Assembly (NCBI RefSeq): GCF_000315625.1
Contig: NW_005434648.1
Span: 658,974 to 722,973, forward strand
DNA: 64,000 nucleotides
Source of the DNA: Guillardia theta CCMP2712
Lineage: Eukaryota; Protista; Cryptophyta
Direction of reading: 5' to 3'
Notes under the pieces: generated by a model
Databases searched by the model: none
Told to the model about the DNA's origin: nothing
The model's input: the letters and a program-made list of their open reading frames with translations, nothing else
Translations under genes and position numbers: made by a program
Shown: positions 61,128 through 64,000 of the stretch, piece after piece
Position numbering within the stretch: the stretch's first letter is position 1
Layout of the letters: each line of letters begins with the position of its first letter

Positions 61128-62079
61128 TCATGATTGCGGGCTGCTCATTGCTGTGCTAGGGTCGATGAACCAGTCGGAGTAACTGCCGTACATTTGCACG
61201 AGCCCCCCGCTGGGAGAGAACCCCAGCTTAGTAGCTTGTATCTGCGACCTCCTTCGCTTCCCCTCGTCTGGCGTCAACATCAGAGAATCCGGTCCAGACT
61301 TGTCTGTAGGAGATGAAGGCTTTGCTTCCTTTGCCCAACGAGAAAGGCAGTCTTCGAATGTCGTGAGATTCCTGATCATGGGCTTTGACTGACGCACGTA
61401 CTTGCAGAAAGGACCTGTATACTGAATGATGTGGCTGTATTCTGTCATGTCAATCAATTTCATGCCTTTGCACATTTCAAAAAACTTTACCCTTGTTCCG
61501 GAACTTATCTGCGAGCTCATCCTCTTTGATATCTGCTTCGGGTTTAATCTGCACATTCAAAGAGATTTTATGCGTCTTGGGTGCAAACAAATAGTTCTTG
61601 CGGCTTTCAGGAAACTTGGTGCTTCTTGACAACCTTTCAGCCCGTAAAATCTTGCGCGAAATCTCATCGTTGATCGCTGTGAAAGTATCTGATGGCTTTG
61701 CTTCACTTTTCTTTGCCACAGGGTGGTGGTGCAAGGGTACATGGCTAGGGAAGATGTAACTTCTGTGTGGTGTGATCAGATCTGTTACGACGGTACGCGG
61801 AAGCCTCTCTTCAGTGTTGATCAAGTCCAAGGTGTGCAGTACTTCTTTTGAATTCACTCGTTCAATTCTATTCTGTGCTTGTGAGTTCTGACTAAATCTG
61901 GGTGCTGGGAAGTCATCCTCTTCATCTTTTACAATTTCATTCGCGATACGAAAAATGTCTGTGGTCCGATAAAGCTGCGACAATCTCTTGTCACGCATTC
62001 TAATTCTGGCTTCTGCGTGATTGCATCTTCCATGAAAGCTCTTCACTGACACCTCAATGTGCTGGTAATCACGACCCAC
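61128..62079 (-). CDS. Hypothetical protein; 5' end unresolved
   Basis: ORFs 61477-62079 and 61128-61556 can be joined by a GTAAAG..GACAG intron near 61443-61490; no recognisable domain. Confidence 0.45.
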
Positions 62080-63941
62080 TGCAAGGCAATCGCTTTATTT
62101 TCCCACAAATCTGGCACGGATTGGTGTTGAAATTCAATCCCCTTCCCAGTGAAACTATCACCTCTTCTGTTCTTTTCTCCTTCTCTCCACCTCTGATCTA
62201 TGCTTTCTTCTCATCTCCTGCTCATCGCAGCCACCATCGGGTAGATTCCCTTTGCTAATTCTCAGTTAGGAGATAGGTCCACTGTGGCCCTTGCATACCC
62301 CCACCCTTCTCATCAAGTACCCCACCTTCCCTTATGAAATTACCCCCCTTGTTCACTGTGCACACTACCCTTCATATCCTTTCAAACTACCCTATCACTT
62401 GCCTCTTCCTGTCAGTACCCCTACCTGTTTTCCATAGCTCTTACTCACGGGTCCTCGACGTCTGTCGATTGCTGCCGATCTATTTCGGGACAGGACAACA
62501 TCGCAGACGAAGAGCAAGGCACAGCAGAGAAAATGAAAGAAACCTGCTGGTGCGGCAGATAGCCTAGTCGGGCTCCTTGCAAGTTGAAGGAGAGATTCAA
62601 ATTGAAGAATTATTCGCAGTTTTGCATCATGTTATTAGTGACAACTTGCGTTGAATACATCAAAATCAAGACAGGAATATACTGAGTGTTAGACGAAATG
62701 AGCGAAGCACTGAGTGAAACTTAGCGGCATCAACAGCGAGAGATAATATGGATAAGAAACCTTAGCATCATATTCTACTTCTCCGACTTTTTCAAAGGAT
62801 TTGTGTTGTATACAGTGCGGGGGGGCAGGATTTGTGTTGTATACACAGCACTGCACACAACACGTTGTACATTGTGTATACAACAATTTGTTCTAGTTGC
62901 TGATTGAATTTGTAGATTTGTCCTGATAATTGACTTGTTTTTTCATTATTTGGTTGGTACTCTCAATCGAGTCAATAGGAATCTTGTTCTGATCCAGCAT
63001 GAATTTGACGTTCTTACAGATGTTTGGAAGCCTCACTGCTGTCTTTGGAAACAAGCAAGAATTCGAGTCTCTCGACTTTGTATAATCGCGCTTTCTGCTT
63101 CCAATTTGCTGACACGACTGTATCTGCAGTGGCCTGATACCAACATGAACGGATATGCCTATTTCCATCGCGTTGACCGAACCAATGGAGGCGATGTCAA
63201 CGCCACTCATCACACTGGTTACGCAAAGAAGCACCCCTTTTGGTATTAATCGCATATGACCTCAATGGTCTGATGTTTTGTGATTAATTAAATTACGCTG
63301 TTTTGCTATTTTTGCTATGTGTCTGTAAGTGAGCTTAAATGCTTGTTCGTGTGCCACGTGTCAAGAAGGTTATAACAAATATAATGTTCTTTGAGCAAAC
63401 TTGGCGAAAGTATATCATTCTACAACACCAGAGATGATTTGTCCCCATGTGATACAATGCAATATCCTCTTCAGGTTGAGAGTGACACAAAACCCAATGT
63501 TTTGTATTTTGTGCTCCAATGGAGTCTTTGCGATGTTTTGATAATCACCTTATGCCTTGGATTCCTGAGTGCGTTCTCATAGTAATTTGCCATCACCAGA
63601 ATAAGAATCGAACTAAACATCTGAGCATATTCGAGGATAACCTAGATTTGAATGATGTGTTCATGTTAGATCATATAGACTTTACTAAATGATTGAATGT
63701 GATGCCATTTTCTCCGTTGATTGAACGTGATAATCACCTCCTTTGTTTGGCAATGTTGAATCACAATATGTGCAGATTGTAATGAACCGCTTCTCAACTT
63801 TGGGCTTAGTGATGTCTGTTTCTATGTCTTTGATCTTGTACAAAGGCACGGAAGACTTTAAGACATCTTGGAAGAACTGGACATCGCATTGAAACTCATT
63901 TCAGAAAAAACTTGCACATTTTTATTCTCATACAAACACTA

Positions 63942-64000
63942 TTTAGACTTGAGTTCCGCGAACATCATCCTCAGCCTCCTGTTGCTGCTCAGGCTGTCTC
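63942..64000 (-). CDS. Possible 3' end of a gene entering from the right edge
   Basis: RQPEQQQEAEDDVRGTQV* in host-like GC composition followed by AT-rich sequence. Confidence 0.3.

Noticed and set aside
62893-63582. Short ORFs in the AT-rich right end
   Set aside because: No motifs, atypical composition and no consistent exon chain.

Overview
Gene-dense eukaryotic nuclear DNA with many short (about 40-60 nt) GT-AG introns and longer introns filled with polypurine or polypyrimidine tracts. The style and the bipartite leader peptides suggest a complex-plastid alga, probably a cryptophyte such as Guillardia theta (inference, not verified). About 20 genes were reconstructed by hand-splicing, so exon boundaries are approximate. 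They are: a secreted double methyltransferase, FMC1-like, a bacterial-like GT-A glycosyltransferase, an FkbM methyltransferase, a GT8 (galactinol synthase/glycogenin-like) enzyme, an MFS transporter, IleRS with a long leader, Nup85, a giant DDT-PHD-Tudor-LysM-4x bromodomain chromatin protein, an IGPS-like pseudoenzyme, UBAC1, a 2OG-Fe(II) oxygenase-like protein, a B-box/6xPDZ protein ending in an acyl-CoA-synthetase C-terminal domain, an SMR transporter lacking Glu14, RagA/Gtr1, API5 and several hypotheticals. The most unusual DNA is 4.7-9.4 kb: two interleaved inverted repeats that hold four copies of a micro-gene, a captured 3' piece of FMC1 and an intronless virus-like PIF1 helicase fragment. 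Other candidates for novelty are a possible glycan-methylation gene neighbourhood (0-19 kb), two unusual domain fusions, and two recurring classes of upstream sequence islands. No rRNA, tRNA or CRISPR array was recognised.
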